Assembly: GCA_040219255.1 (NCBI GenBank)
Contig: JAVJSW010000033.1
Location: 12,675-76,674 of the forward strand
Reading direction: 5' to 3'
DNA: 64,000 nucleotides
From: Sumerlaeia bacterium
GTDB taxonomy: Bacteria > Sumerlaeota > Sumerlaeia > SLMS01 > JAHLLQ01
The notes under the pieces are model-generated. The model was not told where the DNA came from, ran no database searches, and was given only the letters and a program-made list of their open reading frames with translations. Positions 1 to 9,145 of this stretch are shown here, one piece after another (within the stretch, counting starts at the first letter, position 1; each line of letters opens with the position of its first letter). A program made the position numbers and the translations under genes.

Positions 1-232
1 CAGCATCCTGATCGCCCTGACGGATAAGGGTCAGGTGGTGTATGGCGGCCGCGAAATCGGTATCAGCGGCGTGCAGCCGCTGGTCAAGCGGATGCTCCAG
101 ACCGAGGACGTGCCGGTGATCGTCCAGGCTGACGTCGCCGCCGAGAGCGGGATGCTGGTGCGCATCATCGACGAAGCGAAGCTCGGCGGCGCGCAAAAAG
201 TCAGCGTGGCCACGCGCCAGACGCGAGGCTAA
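1..232 (+). CDS. exbD: ExbD/TolR biopolymer transport protein (5'-truncated by window edge)
   Basis: VPVIVQAD...GMLVRIIDEAKLGGAQKVSVAT is a typical ExbD C-terminus; lies directly upstream of tonB. Confidence 0.85.
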   Translation, partial: SILIALTDKGQVVYGGREIGISGVQPLVKRMLQTEDVPVIVQADVAAESGMLVRIIDEAKLGGAQKVSVATRQTRG

Positions 233-235
233 GCG

Positions 236-913
236 ATGAAGCGGGAAAATCGCCTTTGGGCCGCGATCCGGAACTCCTATCACCGCCTGGCGGTGGTGGG
301 CGGCGGCATCGGCATGACGCTGGCCCTGTTCCTGATTCTGCCCCTGATTCAGACAATCAGCAAACCGCCGTCCGCGGATCTGGGGCTGCAAGCGATGGAC
401 ACGACGACGCTCGAACCCCCGCCGCCGCCTCCGGAAGAAGAAGAGCCGGAGGAGGAAGAGGAACCGGAGGAAGAACCGCCGCCGGAGCTGACGGAGGAGA
501 CGCCGCCGCTGGATTTGTCCCAGCTCGAGCTGGCGCTGAATCCCGGCATGAGCGACGGCTGGCTGGGCGGCGATTTCGCCGTGAACCTGAACGCCGTGGC
601 CGGGGGCGACAAGAAGACCGACGAGCTGTTTTCGCTCGCCGATCTGGACCAGAAACCCCGCGCCCTCTATCAGCCCGGTCCGCGCATCACGCCGGAAATC
701 CGCAAAAACGCGCCGGGCACGGTGTACGTGATCTTTATCGTGAATCAGGAAGGCCGCGTCGAAGAACCGCGCGTCCAGAAGTCCACCGGTCCGATGTTCG
801 AGAAGTCGGCCCTGGACGCGATCGGCAAATGGAAATTCGAACCGGGTAAACGCGGCGGAAAACCTGTGCGTTTCCGCATGCGCGTGCCCATTACCTTCCC
901 GGAAGGAATCTAG
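236..913 (+). CDS. tonB: Energy transducer TonB
   Basis: N-terminal TM, Pro/Glu-rich linker, C-terminal TonB_C domain (GTVYVIFIVNQEGRV...KWKFEPGKRGGKPVRFRMRVPITF). Confidence 0.9.
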   Translation: MKRENRLWAAIRNSYHRLAVVGGGIGMTLALFLILPLIQTISKPPSADLGLQAMDTTTLEPPPPPPEEEEPEEEEEPEEEPPPELTEETPPLDLSQLELALNPGMSDGWLGGDFAVNLNAVAGGDKKTDELFSLADLDQKPRALYQPGPRITPEIRKNAPGTVYVIFIVNQEGRVEEPRVQKSTGPMFEKSALDAIGKWKFEPGKRGGKPVRFRMRVPITFPEGI

Positions 914-919
914 TCTGAG

Positions 920-2380
920 ATGAAAACGAGCCTGGAAATGATCCCCCAATCTGGTAGCACGGGCGTCCCGCCCGTGTCCCGCGGCGCCTTCGCGCGCATC
1001 GGCCGCTTCCTGTCCCGCTCGCGTGTGCTCGCCGCCGGCGCGGTGCTGGCGGGGTTGCTCGCCACGCAAGCCCCCGCCCAGGAAACCCCGGACCTCAACC
1101 TCTGGAACAGCCCCGCTTTCCGCCGCCAGGTGGTCGAAAGCTACATGGCCGAAACGGACATCGAACCCCGCGTGACGGAAGACGAGCGCGAGGCGATGCA
1201 GGAAATCCTCGAACTGATCGGCAACGAGCAGATGGACGAGGCCGCCGCCGCGATCCAGAAGGAAATCAAGCGCAACGCCGCCGCCAGCGCCGTTTTCGAT
1301 TTCACCCTGGCGAACATTTATTTCCAGCAGGACAAGTTGGACGATGCCACTGCGTACTACCAGAAAGCCGTCGAGAAGTACTCGAAATTCCGCCGCGCGT
1401 GGAAGAACATGGGCATCATCGCCGTGCGCCAGAACCGTTTCGCCGACGCCCTGCCGGCCCTGACCCGCGTCGTCGAACTGGGCGAGAACAACGCCATCAC
1501 CTACGGTCTGATGGGTTTCGCGTACTCGAACGAGGAAAACTTCCTCTCCGCCGAGTCCGCCTATCGTATGGCGATCCTGCTCGATCCGCAGACGATGGAC
1601 TGGAAGATGGGTCTGGCCCGCGCGTTCTTTAAGCAGGAGCGCTACGCCGAAGCCGTCGCCCTGACCGGCCAGCTTCTCAAGGACGAACCGGAGCGCACGG
1701 ACCTGTGGCTGCTCCAGGCGAACGCCTACCTAGGCAAGGGCGAGCCGAAGGAAGCCGCGGAAATCTACGAGCTGGTGGATTTGCTAGGCGGTTCGACCTT
1801 CGATAGCCTGAACATCCTCGGCGACATCTACGTCAATGAAGAGCTGTACGAGCTGGCCGCCAATTCGTACATCAAGGCGATCCAGATGGAATCCGACGGC
1901 AAGCAGGAGCGCGCCATCCGCGCCGCCAAGGTGCTGGCCGCCCGGGGCGCTTTCGACGAAACAAAGCGCATCGTCCAGACGGTGCAGACGACCTATGGCT
2001 CGGGCCTCGATCAGGACGCCCGCATCGACCTGCTGAAGCTCGAAGGCCGCCTCGCTGTGGCGGAAGGCGCCGGCGATGAGGAAGTGCGGGTGCTGAAGGA
2101 AATCGTCGAACTCGATCCCCTTGATGGCGAGGCGCTGCTCCTCCTGGGTCAGCACGCCGCCCGCAACGAGGACCCGGAGCAGGCGATTTTCTATTACGAA
2201 CGGGCCGCTAACCTCGAAGGCTTCGAGGCCGACGCCAAAGTCCGCCACGCCCAGCTTCTGGCCAGCCAGGAGAAGTACGACGAAGCCCTGCCCCTCTTGC
2301 GCCGTGCCCAGCAGGTCAACTACCGCGAAAACGTGCAGGAGTACCTGGAGCAGGTGGAACGGGTGGCGAAGCAGCGCTGA
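920..2380 (+). CDS. Exported tetratricopeptide-repeat protein of the exbD-tonB operon
   Basis: Signal-like segment ending APA-Q, then many TPR helices (LANIYFQQDKLDDATAYYQKAVE, etc.). Confidence 0.85.
   Translation: MKTSLEMIPQSGSTGVPPVSRGAFARIGRFLSRSRVLAAGAVLAGLLATQAPAQETPDLNLWNSPAFRRQVVESYMAETDIEPRVTEDEREAMQEILELIGNEQMDEAAAAIQKEIKRNAAASAVFDFTLANIYFQQDKLDDATAYYQKAVEKYSKFRRAWKNMGIIAVRQNRFADALPALTRVVELGENNAITYGLMGFAYSNEENFLSAESAYRMAILLDPQTMDWKMGLARAFFKQERYAEAVALTGQLLKDEPERTDLWLLQANAYLGKGEPKEAAEIYELVDLLGGSTFDSLNILGDIYVNEELYELAANSYIKAIQMESDGKQERAIRAAKVLAARGAFDETKRIVQTVQTTYGSGLDQDARIDLLKLEGRLAVAEGAGDEEVRVLKEIVELDPLDGEALLLLGQHAARNEDPEQAIFYYERAANLEGFEADAKVRHAQLLASQEKYDEALPLLRRAQQVNYRENVQEYLEQVERVAKQR
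954..976 (+). repeat. GTAG-type REP-like palindrome
   Basis: GTAG followed by the perfect hairpin CACGGGCG-TCC-CGCCCGTG. Confidence 0.6.
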
Positions 2381-2394
2381 CGTCAAACGTGCTC

Positions 2395-2414
2395 GTAGTC
2401 CCGCCTTCAGGCGG
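2395..2414 (+). repeat. GTAG-type REP-like palindrome
   Basis: Intergenic GTAGTC followed by the hairpin CCGCC-TTCA-GGCGG. Confidence 0.55.
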
Positions 2415-2454
2415 AAAAGCCACCCCACAACCCTTCTCCATCGCCAATTCGTCC

Positions 2455-3576
2455 ATGAAACACCGCCACATCGCTCTCCTGCTCGCCCTCGCGCTCACCG
2501 CCCCCGCCTTCCCCAATCCCACGGAAGACGCCTATGAGGCGTACCTGGAAGGCGACTACGCCGAAGCCCTGGAAGAGGCCCGCGACGGCGCGGAGGACGG
2601 ATCGGCGGCGGCCCAGTTCCTTCTGGGCCGCATGTATGCCGAAGGCGCGGGCGTGGAGGCCGATCTGGCTCAGGCGGCGGCCTGGTACGAAAAAGCGGCG
2701 GAGCAACAGTACGCCCCGGCGCAGCTCAACCTCGGGCTGCTGCTGGTGAAGGATGAAGGCGTCGCGCAGGGCGATGAGCGGGCGCGCCGGCTGTTCGCCT
2801 TCGCGGCGGAGGCGGATCTGCCAGAGGCGCAATACGCCTTGGCCCGGATGCTGCGCGAAGGGCGCGGCGGCGAGGCCGATCCGGACCGGGCGGCGAAGCT
2901 GTTTCGCCAGGCGGCGGATGGCGGGCTGCTCCTGGCGCAGATGGAAGTGGCCCGCATGTATGCCACAGGCGAGGGCGTGCAGCGCGATCCGAAGCGCGCC
3001 GCGAAGTACTATCGCCTCGCCGCCGCGCAGGGCGACGCCGAGGCCATGATGTCGCTGGGCCGCATGTTTCGCGGGGGTGGGGCTCTACCAACCGATCCCG
3101 AAGAAGCCGCCAAGTGGACCCGGCGGGCGGCCGAGCAAGGCCTTGTGGAAGCGAAGGCCGAGTACGGCCGGATGCTGATCGAAGGCGAAGGCGTCTTGCA
3201 GGATTACGCGGAAGCGGGTGTGTGGCTGAAGCAGGCGGCGGATGCGGGAGAGCCGCGCGCCCAGCACAATCTGGGGCTGATGGCGCTGAAGGGGCTGGGC
3301 CAGGAAAAGAAGCCCGCCGAGGCGGCCCAATGGTTCCGCCGCGCCGCGCATCAGGGACTGCCCGAGTCCCAGTTCTTCCTCGCCCGGTCGTACGAACTCG
3401 GCCACGGCGTCCCCGCCAGCCAAGTCATCGCGGCCCAGTGGTATATCATGGCCGCGGAGAAGGGTTCGGCGCCCGCGGCACAGGCTCGCGACCGTCTCTT
3501 CGCCGCAATGGCGCCTTCGGAAGTGGCCCAGGCCAAGCGCCTCGCGCGGGATTGGACGCCGCCGGCCGGGCCATAG
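2455..3576 (+). CDS. Secreted Sel1-like repeat protein
   Basis: Signal peptide MKHRHIALLLALAL; repeated AQxxLGxMYxxGxGV...A..WY..AA.QG motifs. Confidence 0.92.
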   Translation: MKHRHIALLLALALTAPAFPNPTEDAYEAYLEGDYAEALEEARDGAEDGSAAAQFLLGRMYAEGAGVEADLAQAAAWYEKAAEQQYAPAQLNLGLLLVKDEGVAQGDERARRLFAFAAEADLPEAQYALARMLREGRGGEADPDRAAKLFRQAADGGLLLAQMEVARMYATGEGVQRDPKRAAKYYRLAAAQGDAEAMMSLGRMFRGGGALPTDPEEAAKWTRRAAEQGLVEAKAEYGRMLIEGEGVLQDYAEAGVWLKQAADAGEPRAQHNLGLMALKGLGQEKKPAEAAQWFRRAAHQGLPESQFFLARSYELGHGVPASQVIAAQWYIMAAEKGSAPAAQARDRLFAAMAPSEVAQAKRLARDWTPPAGP

Positions 3577-3578
3577 TT

Positions 3579-4784
3579 TTATCGCTCCGCCATCGCCGGC
3601 AGGTCCGCGCTCCAGGGCTGGCCCTTGTCCATCAGCATTTTGACCCAGGGCACGTAGATTTCCTGAACGAGTTCCGGCGCTTCGACGATGACGCTGGCTT
3701 CATTGTTCATCTCAAGGGCGTGGAAGCTCCAGTTGGTCGAGCCGACGAGGACCTTCTCGTCGTCGATGACCAGCATCTTGGCGTGGATTTGTTCCGCCGG
3801 GTCGTCCACCAGGACCTCGATACCGGCGTCGGCGAGGCGCTTGGCGAACTCGGTTTTGCTGCTGCCCCAGCCAATCTGGAAGTCCTCTTGCCAGGTCAGA
3901 TCGAACAGTACACGCACCTTCACGCCGCGATCGTGGGCGGCGATCAACTCCCTGAGGATCAGGTTCGTTTCCGAAGGCTTGGCTGTGGGGCGATCGGGGT
4001 AAAGGTCGTAGACCTGCTCCGGCACGTCCTGATAGAACATGGCGTAGTTCTGCACCACATCGATGGAGGACTTGGCCTCGCGCAGCGCCCGTGCCAGCCG
4101 GACGTAGTAGTAGCGGTTGTTGAGGTAATCGACGTCCGCCGCCGGAAAGGCGCTCATGTTCAGCGTCTTCGGCGAGAGGGCGCCCTCGGCGGGGGCGGGC
4201 TGGATGCTCGGGTGGAGAAAGGGAATGCCGTCGGCCACGCGGGCGGCGATGTACTTGTGATAGCGAACGACGGCTTCGCGCGACCACAGGATCACGGCCG
4301 CTTCGCGATTTCTCGACAGCGAGAAGTGCGTCCAGTTGATCGAGGCCACCACAACGCAGGCGCGATCGAAGACGGCGATCTTCTGGTGACTCTGGATTTC
4401 GTCCGGGTCGATATAGACGAGGGCGCCGGATTTGGCGAGGCGCTCCGCCACGTCCATATTGCGCTCGTCGTGGCCGCCCTTGAAGGTCGATTGATCGATC
4501 ACAACGGTCACGACCACCCCTCGGGCCGAGGCTTTTTCGAGGGCGGCAATCATGTCGTTGCTGGCGCTGTCGGGGTATTCTGTGTAGAACTCGGCCTGGT
4601 AGAGGTTCAGTTCGATGGAGGACTGGGCGTTCTCGATCAGCTTCATCAGCGCCGGGTAATAATCGCGGTCGTTTATGGCGGTGACCTGGGCGGCGGGATC
4701 GTTCTGGGCGCCGATGCGCAGGGCCGGGCCGCAAAAGGCGGCGGCAAGAACGAGGGCGAAAACGCGGCGGAAAATATCGGACAT
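3579..4784 (-). CDS. Secreted phospholipase D superfamily protein (two HKD domains, Nuc-like)
   Basis: HQKIAVFD...ASINW and HAKMLVID...GSTNW motifs; N-terminal signal peptide. Confidence 0.88.
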   Translation of the reverse strand: MSDIFRRVFALVLAAAFCGPALRIGAQNDPAAQVTAINDRDYYPALMKLIENAQSSIELNLYQAEFYTEYPDSASNDMIAALEKASARGVVVTVVIDQSTFKGGHDERNMDVAERLAKSGALVYIDPDEIQSHQKIAVFDRACVVVASINWTHFSLSRNREAAVILWSREAVVRYHKYIAARVADGIPFLHPSIQPAPAEGALSPKTLNMSAFPAADVDYLNNRYYYVRLARALREAKSSIDVVQNYAMFYQDVPEQVYDLYPDRPTAKPSETNLILRELIAAHDRGVKVRVLFDLTWQEDFQIGWGSSKTEFAKRLADAGIEVLVDDPAEQIHAKMLVIDDEKVLVGSTNWSFHALEMNNEASVIVEAPELVQEIYVPWVKMLMDKGQPWSADLPAMAER

Positions 4785-4904
4785 GGCGGGCGTGGAAACT
4801 CCCCAATAAGACAGTGTCGGCCCAGAAGACCCGGCGCATCCAAGGGGACCGGAAAGAGGAAAGCAACGCTCTTTCGCACGGCTGCGTCATCGGACCAAGG
4901 GGGC

Positions 4905-4932
4905 TTGACACGGGCGGAGGGCTGTGTAGATT
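4905..4932 (+). promoter_or_regulatory. Putative sigma70 promoter for rpsU
   Basis: TTGACA (4905-4910), 16-bp spacer, TAGATT (4927-4932). Confidence 0.55.
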
Positions 4933-5006
4933 ACCCGACCGCTGCCATGGGGTGAATTGTGCCCCGGCGCAGCCAACGTTTAACCAGGAAGGTGGTGAAA
5001 ACCCTT

Positions 5007-5222
5007 TTGCCCACAGTCGTTTACGTCGATCAAGACGAACCCATCGAGAAGGCTTTGAAGCGCTTCAAGAAGGAATGTCAGAAGGCTGGTATTCCCGCGG
5101 AAATCCGCCGCCGGGAATTCTACGAAAAGCCCTCTGAGAAGAAGAAGCGTAAGCTGGAAGCGAGCATTCGCAAGCATCGCCGCCGCATCGCCAAGATGCG
5201 CCGCCGCGAGCAGAACATGTAA
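5007..5222 (+). CDS. rpsU: 30S ribosomal protein S21
   Basis: [12 protein letters not shown]...[18 protein letters not shown]; TTG start with a purine-rich SD upstream. Confidence 0.95.
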   Translation: MPTVVYVDQDEPIEKALKRFKKECQKAGIPAEIRRREFYEKPSEKKKRKLEASIRKHRRRIAKMRRREQNM

Positions 5223-5254
5223 GCGCTCGCCTTCTCTTCGGCATTCACCACCGC

Positions 5255-5285
5255 ACCCCGCTCCGGTTCCGGAGCGGGGTGTTTT
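5255..5285 (+). terminator. Rho-independent terminator after rpsU
   Basis: ACCCCGCTCCGG-TT-CCGGAGCGGGGT followed by GTTTT. Confidence 0.75.
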
Positions 5286-5359
5286 CATTCCGGCCCCGTC
5301 CCCGGCTCCGCCGCCGCCTTCGGACGATCCCACCGCGCGGCAAGTCCCCCCCCCCCCGC

Positions 5360-6154
5360 TTATTCCGCCAACCCCACCGTCACATGCCCCGCCGGGCTGC
5401 GGCCCAGCCAAGTTTCCGCGCCGTACACCTCGCTCAGCAGCTCCTCGGTCAGAAGCTCGTCCGGCCGCCCCTGGGCCGCGACCCGCCCGCGCGACAGCAC
5501 CGCCATTTCTCCGCAGAGCGACGCCACCAGGTTCAAGTCGTGGCTGACCAGGACGCAGGTCTGGCCACAGTGTTGGCTGCGGCGCCCCACGATGCGGGCG
5601 ATGCGTTGGATGTGAGCCAGGTCCAGGCTCGCCGTCGGTTCGTCCAGCAGCAGCACCGGCGTGGCCTGCGCCAGCGCCCGCGCGATCAGCACCAGTTGGC
5701 GCTCGCCCCCCGACAATCGCGACACCGGCCGATCCGCCAAGTGCGCCACGTCCGCTTCCTCCAGAGCCGCCAGCGCCATGTCGCGGTCCGTCGCCGACTC
5801 GCCCCCCATCCATCCCGTGCGGTGCGGCGCCCGGCCCATCATCACGATTTCCAGCACCGTAAAGGCAAAGGCGCTGTCTTCGCTCTGGGGCACCACGGCC
5901 ACGCGGCGGGCGATGTCCCGGCGGGAAAGGGACGCCAGCGGCTCCTCGCGCAGGCGCACGCCGCCCGAGGTCGGCCGCAACCGCCCCGTCATCACCCCCA
6001 GCAGTGTGCTCTTGCCCGCGCCATTGGGCCCCACAATGCCAAAGAGGGAACCCTCGGGCACGGCAAGGTTCACCCCATCGAGAATAAACGGCCCCGCCGG
6101 GTCGTAGGTAAACGTCACATTGTCGAGGGTCAGGGCGGGGGCGGGCGGCGTCAT
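5360..6154 (-). CDS. ABC transporter ATP-binding subunit, iron-siderophore/heme/cobalamin (FepC/HmuV/BtuD-like)
   Basis: GPNGAGKST, LSGGERQLVLIARALAQ, LLLDEPT, VSHDLNL, 'EIVMMGRAPH'. Confidence 0.9.
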   Translation of the reverse strand: MTPPAPALTLDNVTFTYDPAGPFILDGVNLAVPEGSLFGIVGPNGAGKSTLLGVMTGRLRPTSGGVRLREEPLASLSRRDIARRVAVVPQSEDSAFAFTVLEIVMMGRAPHRTGWMGGESATDRDMALAALEEADVAHLADRPVSRLSGGERQLVLIARALAQATPVLLLDEPTASLDLAHIQRIARIVGRRSQHCGQTCVLVSHDLNLVASLCGEMAVLSRGRVAAQGRPDELLTEELLSEVYGAETWLGRSPAGHVTVGLAE

Positions 6155-6316
6155 GGCAGGCGCATCGTGCGGCGCGGACTCGCCGCCGCGCAAGCGGCCA
6201 ATGCGCCGCCACTGCACGACCGGCCATCTTTGCGCTCGCCCGCCTGGGGCACGATCGGTCACTCTCAACGCCAAACCCATCGCAATCCCGCACCCAAAGG
6301 ACCCCCGACCGCCGCC

Positions 6317-9142
6317 ATGTCCACGCCCCGCCGCCTGCCCCTGATCGTCCTCTGCCTCGCCCTCGCCGCCGTGGCGGGGGTTGGAGGGTGGGTGGTTTTC
6401 CAAAGCCTGACCACCCGCTCCCAGACCCCGCCCGCCGCGAAGCCGGAGGTTTCGACAGCCCAAAGCGTTGCACTTGATCGCGGGGCGGCGGGGGAGGCTG
6501 GGGAGATGGAGGCGGAGAGCGCCACCACGCCCGCTACCCCAGTGCAGGACAAGCCCCGGCTTGGTACCCTGCAAGAGATCATCGACCGCAACGGCGTGAC
6601 GACCTCGACGTTGCCACTTCATTTTTTCGAGCAGATTTATCGCCTGAGGCGTCGTACGGTGAACGCCATCTGCCCGGAATTCCGCGTTTCCGGGCGCGTT
6701 ACCGTACAAGGGACAGGAGAGCCCGTGCCCGGCGCTCGGGTGACCTGGTTTCCCTCCGGATATGGCCGCTTTGAGGGAGCCGTCTCCACCGTGACGGCAG
6801 AGGACGGAACGTACGAATGGCTGCTGGACGGCGCGGAGACGCATCTCGAGCGTACGGAGCTTTCCGTCTTCCCGCCACCCGGCTACTTCATCCCGGGAAT
6901 GCACGCGCGGCTGAGCCGAAAGATCGACATGGCGGATTGCGAGGGAACGGCCGACTTCGAACTCGCCCGAGGCAGCGGCGTGCGAGGCCGAGTCCTGGAG
7001 CCGGATGGGGTGACTGCGGCTCTGGATGCGGAGGTCCAAATCCGCTATCCGGGGGATGTGATGGAACGCTATGAGAGCGGCCGGACCGACGCCGAAGGCC
7101 GTTTCCAGTTTGGCTTACCGGCGGACGTTCCCGCTTACGTCAGCATTAAGCACGCGCTGGGGCATGAATCGCGCAAAATAAAGTCCCCGGCGCTGGACCA
7201 AGTTCCCGAGGAAGAGACTTTCATTCTCACTTCCGAGGCCGCCATCCGGGGGCGTGTCCTTGGGCTGGAGGGTCAGCCCGCGGCCAAGGTTTTTCTTCAG
7301 GCTCACAAGTTGACGGCAAGTGCGAGTGGAGCCGGACTTCGATACGTGGCCAGCGGGCGAAGCGATGAAGAAGGGGTCTTCTTTATCGAAGACTTGCCCG
7401 CGGAAACGCCTCTCGAAGTGCGCATCGCGTTCGCTTCTGTCCCGGAAGGATTGGGGAACGCGGCGGCTCCCGAACCGCTTTCTCTGATTTTGGAACCGGG
7501 TGAAGTACGCGAAGGACTTGTGATCCAAATGGTTGACGGCGACATCGCCACCGGCCGGGTCTTCGATGAAGAGAGCGGCGAGCCGATTGAAGGGGCCTCG
7601 GTCAATCTGAACATCAACAAATGGCCAGGCACCAACCGCGAGGTGAAGTCAGGTCCTGATGGGCGCTTTACGATCGGAAACCTGCCGGTAGGGCATACAT
7701 ACAAGGTCTCCGCCGGGCTCCAGGGCTACGACTCCACGCGTTATCTTTTCGATTGGTCCCCGCTCGCCGGGGAACTCGAACTGCCAATGCGGCGGGTCTT
7801 GTCGAAGGGGGTCCGCTTCCGCGTGGTCGATGAGCAGGGCGAGCCGGTCAAATACTTCTCGATGGGTTTTGGTGAGGACTTCGGCACTCAGGATCAAGGC
7901 AACGGCCGCAACATCGGCTTCTTCACTTGGGAACCAAAGAATGAAGCGGAAAGCAAAGAGCCCCGAACGATCTCGGTGCGGGCCCTGAACCCAGACGGCA
8001 CACCGGCCGGGCTCTATGGCTCGACGGAGGTGTTCTTCGACGACGTAAACGACAGCCCTTTCACCGTGGACACAACCGTGGTGGTCGAGCCGCGGGATCT
8101 GGGCACCGGGCGGATCCAGGGGCAAGTGCGCTTGCGGAAGAACTGGCGCGATCAAGATCTGGAACCGCTCGCCGGGGCCGAAGTGTTCTTCGTCCGCGGC
8201 CCCAATTCGGAGATTACGGGCAAACCCACGCCGCCACCGCTCTTCAATCCGCCCGCCGTGAAGGTCAAGAAAGACGAAACGGCCGAGGCGTCTCTCATCG
8301 TGCGCGAGCGGGTTTCCCTCTCGGGCCAGATCATCGGCGAGGACGGACGACCCGTGGCCAATGCCGGGGTCCTGGCCTGGTCGGACCTCGGCTCCAACAT
8401 TCCGTCCTACGACCCGCCCACGGCCCGCACCACAACGGACGGCGAGGGCCGCTATCGATTCGATAATCTGCCGCCGCAGAACGGCTACTTGCAGGTCGAT
8501 GCCCCTGGATTTGGGGACCAGCGCTTTGAATACAAGACCCGCGACGACAAACCGAACGTTCTCGACATCGACCTCTCGGGCCGGCGCCGGTTCGCGGGCC
8601 AATTGAGATTTACCGGCGACGCGGATCTTCTGGCGCGCCGCATCCACTTCGAGCGGCCCGACTGGCGCGAGAGGAACTACGATCAGAAAACACCCGTTGG
8701 GGTGGACGGTACCTTTGAGGTGGCGTTGACGCCCGGGACATACCGGCTACATCTCCAGGGCAACAATGGCATCAAGGTCTTCACCGGCAAGATGCTCGAA
8801 ATCGGTCCCGAGACCCCCGAACCGTTGGTCATCGAATGCCCGCTCTACCGGGCCACCGTCATCGGCCTGCCCCGCGCCGACGGTCAGATTCCCAGCGGGA
8901 CACTGGAGTTCCAGATGGAGGGTGCCGGGCGGGAGTGGGAGGACGGGTACTGGACCCGAGGCTTGCAGGGCGAACGCCTCGCGACCCTCGACGCCCTGCC
9001 CGCCGGCCGGGTGCGGTTGCGCCAGAGCGTTTACGAAGACGGGGAGCGACAAGGCGACATCACCTCCGGCTGGCAAACCGTCGGCCCCGGCGAAGAAAAC
9101 ACCTTCGTCCTCGACTTCGGCCAACCCCCTGCTAAGGACTGA
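6317..9142 (+). CDS. Large membrane-anchored protein with carboxypeptidase-regulatory-like beta-sandwich repeats (paralog A)
   Basis: N-terminal TM; repeated GRV...G.PV.GA.V...T..DG.F.. units. Confidence 0.8.
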   Translation: MSTPRRLPLIVLCLALAAVAGVGGWVVFQSLTTRSQTPPAAKPEVSTAQSVALDRGAAGEAGEMEAESATTPATPVQDKPRLGTLQEIIDRNGVTTSTLPLHFFEQIYRLRRRTVNAICPEFRVSGRVTVQGTGEPVPGARVTWFPSGYGRFEGAVSTVTAEDGTYEWLLDGAETHLERTELSVFPPPGYFIPGMHARLSRKIDMADCEGTADFELARGSGVRGRVLEPDGVTAALDAEVQIRYPGDVMERYESGRTDAEGRFQFGLPADVPAYVSIKHALGHESRKIKSPALDQVPEEETFILTSEAAIRGRVLGLEGQPAAKVFLQAHKLTASASGAGLRYVASGRSDEEGVFFIEDLPAETPLEVRIAFASVPEGLGNAAAPEPLSLILEPGEVREGLVIQMVDGDIATGRVFDEESGEPIEGASVNLNINKWPGTNREVKSGPDGRFTIGNLPVGHTYKVSAGLQGYDSTRYLFDWSPLAGELELPMRRVLSKGVRFRVVDEQGEPVKYFSMGFGEDFGTQDQGNGRNIGFFTWEPKNEAESKEPRTISVRALNPDGTPAGLYGSTEVFFDDVNDSPFTVDTTVVVEPRDLGTGRIQGQVRLRKNWRDQDLEPLAGAEVFFVRGPNSEITGKPTPPPLFNPPAVKVKKDETAEASLIVRERVSLSGQIIGEDGRPVANAGVLAWSDLGSNIPSYDPPTARTTTDGEGRYRFDNLPPQNGYLQVDAPGFGDQRFEYKTRDDKPNVLDIDLSGRRRFAGQLRFTGDADLLARRIHFERPDWRERNYDQKTPVGVDGTFEVALTPGTYRLHLQGNNGIKVFTGKMLEIGPETPEPLVIECPLYRATVIGLPRADGQIPSGTLEFQMEGAGREWEDGYWTRGLQGERLATLDALPAGRVRLRQSVYEDGERQGDITSGWQTVGPGEENTFVLDFGQPPAKD

Positions 9143-9145
9143 GCC

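Noticed and set aside
5219-5230. GTAAGCGCT resembling the LacI-like operator
   Set aside because: Half-match coinciding with the rpsU stop codon, not in a promoter region.
5279-6316. N-terminal 346-aa extension of the 1287-aa ORF
   Set aside because: Overlaps the ABC ATPase on the opposite strand; the likely start is the ATG at 6317, before the TM segment.
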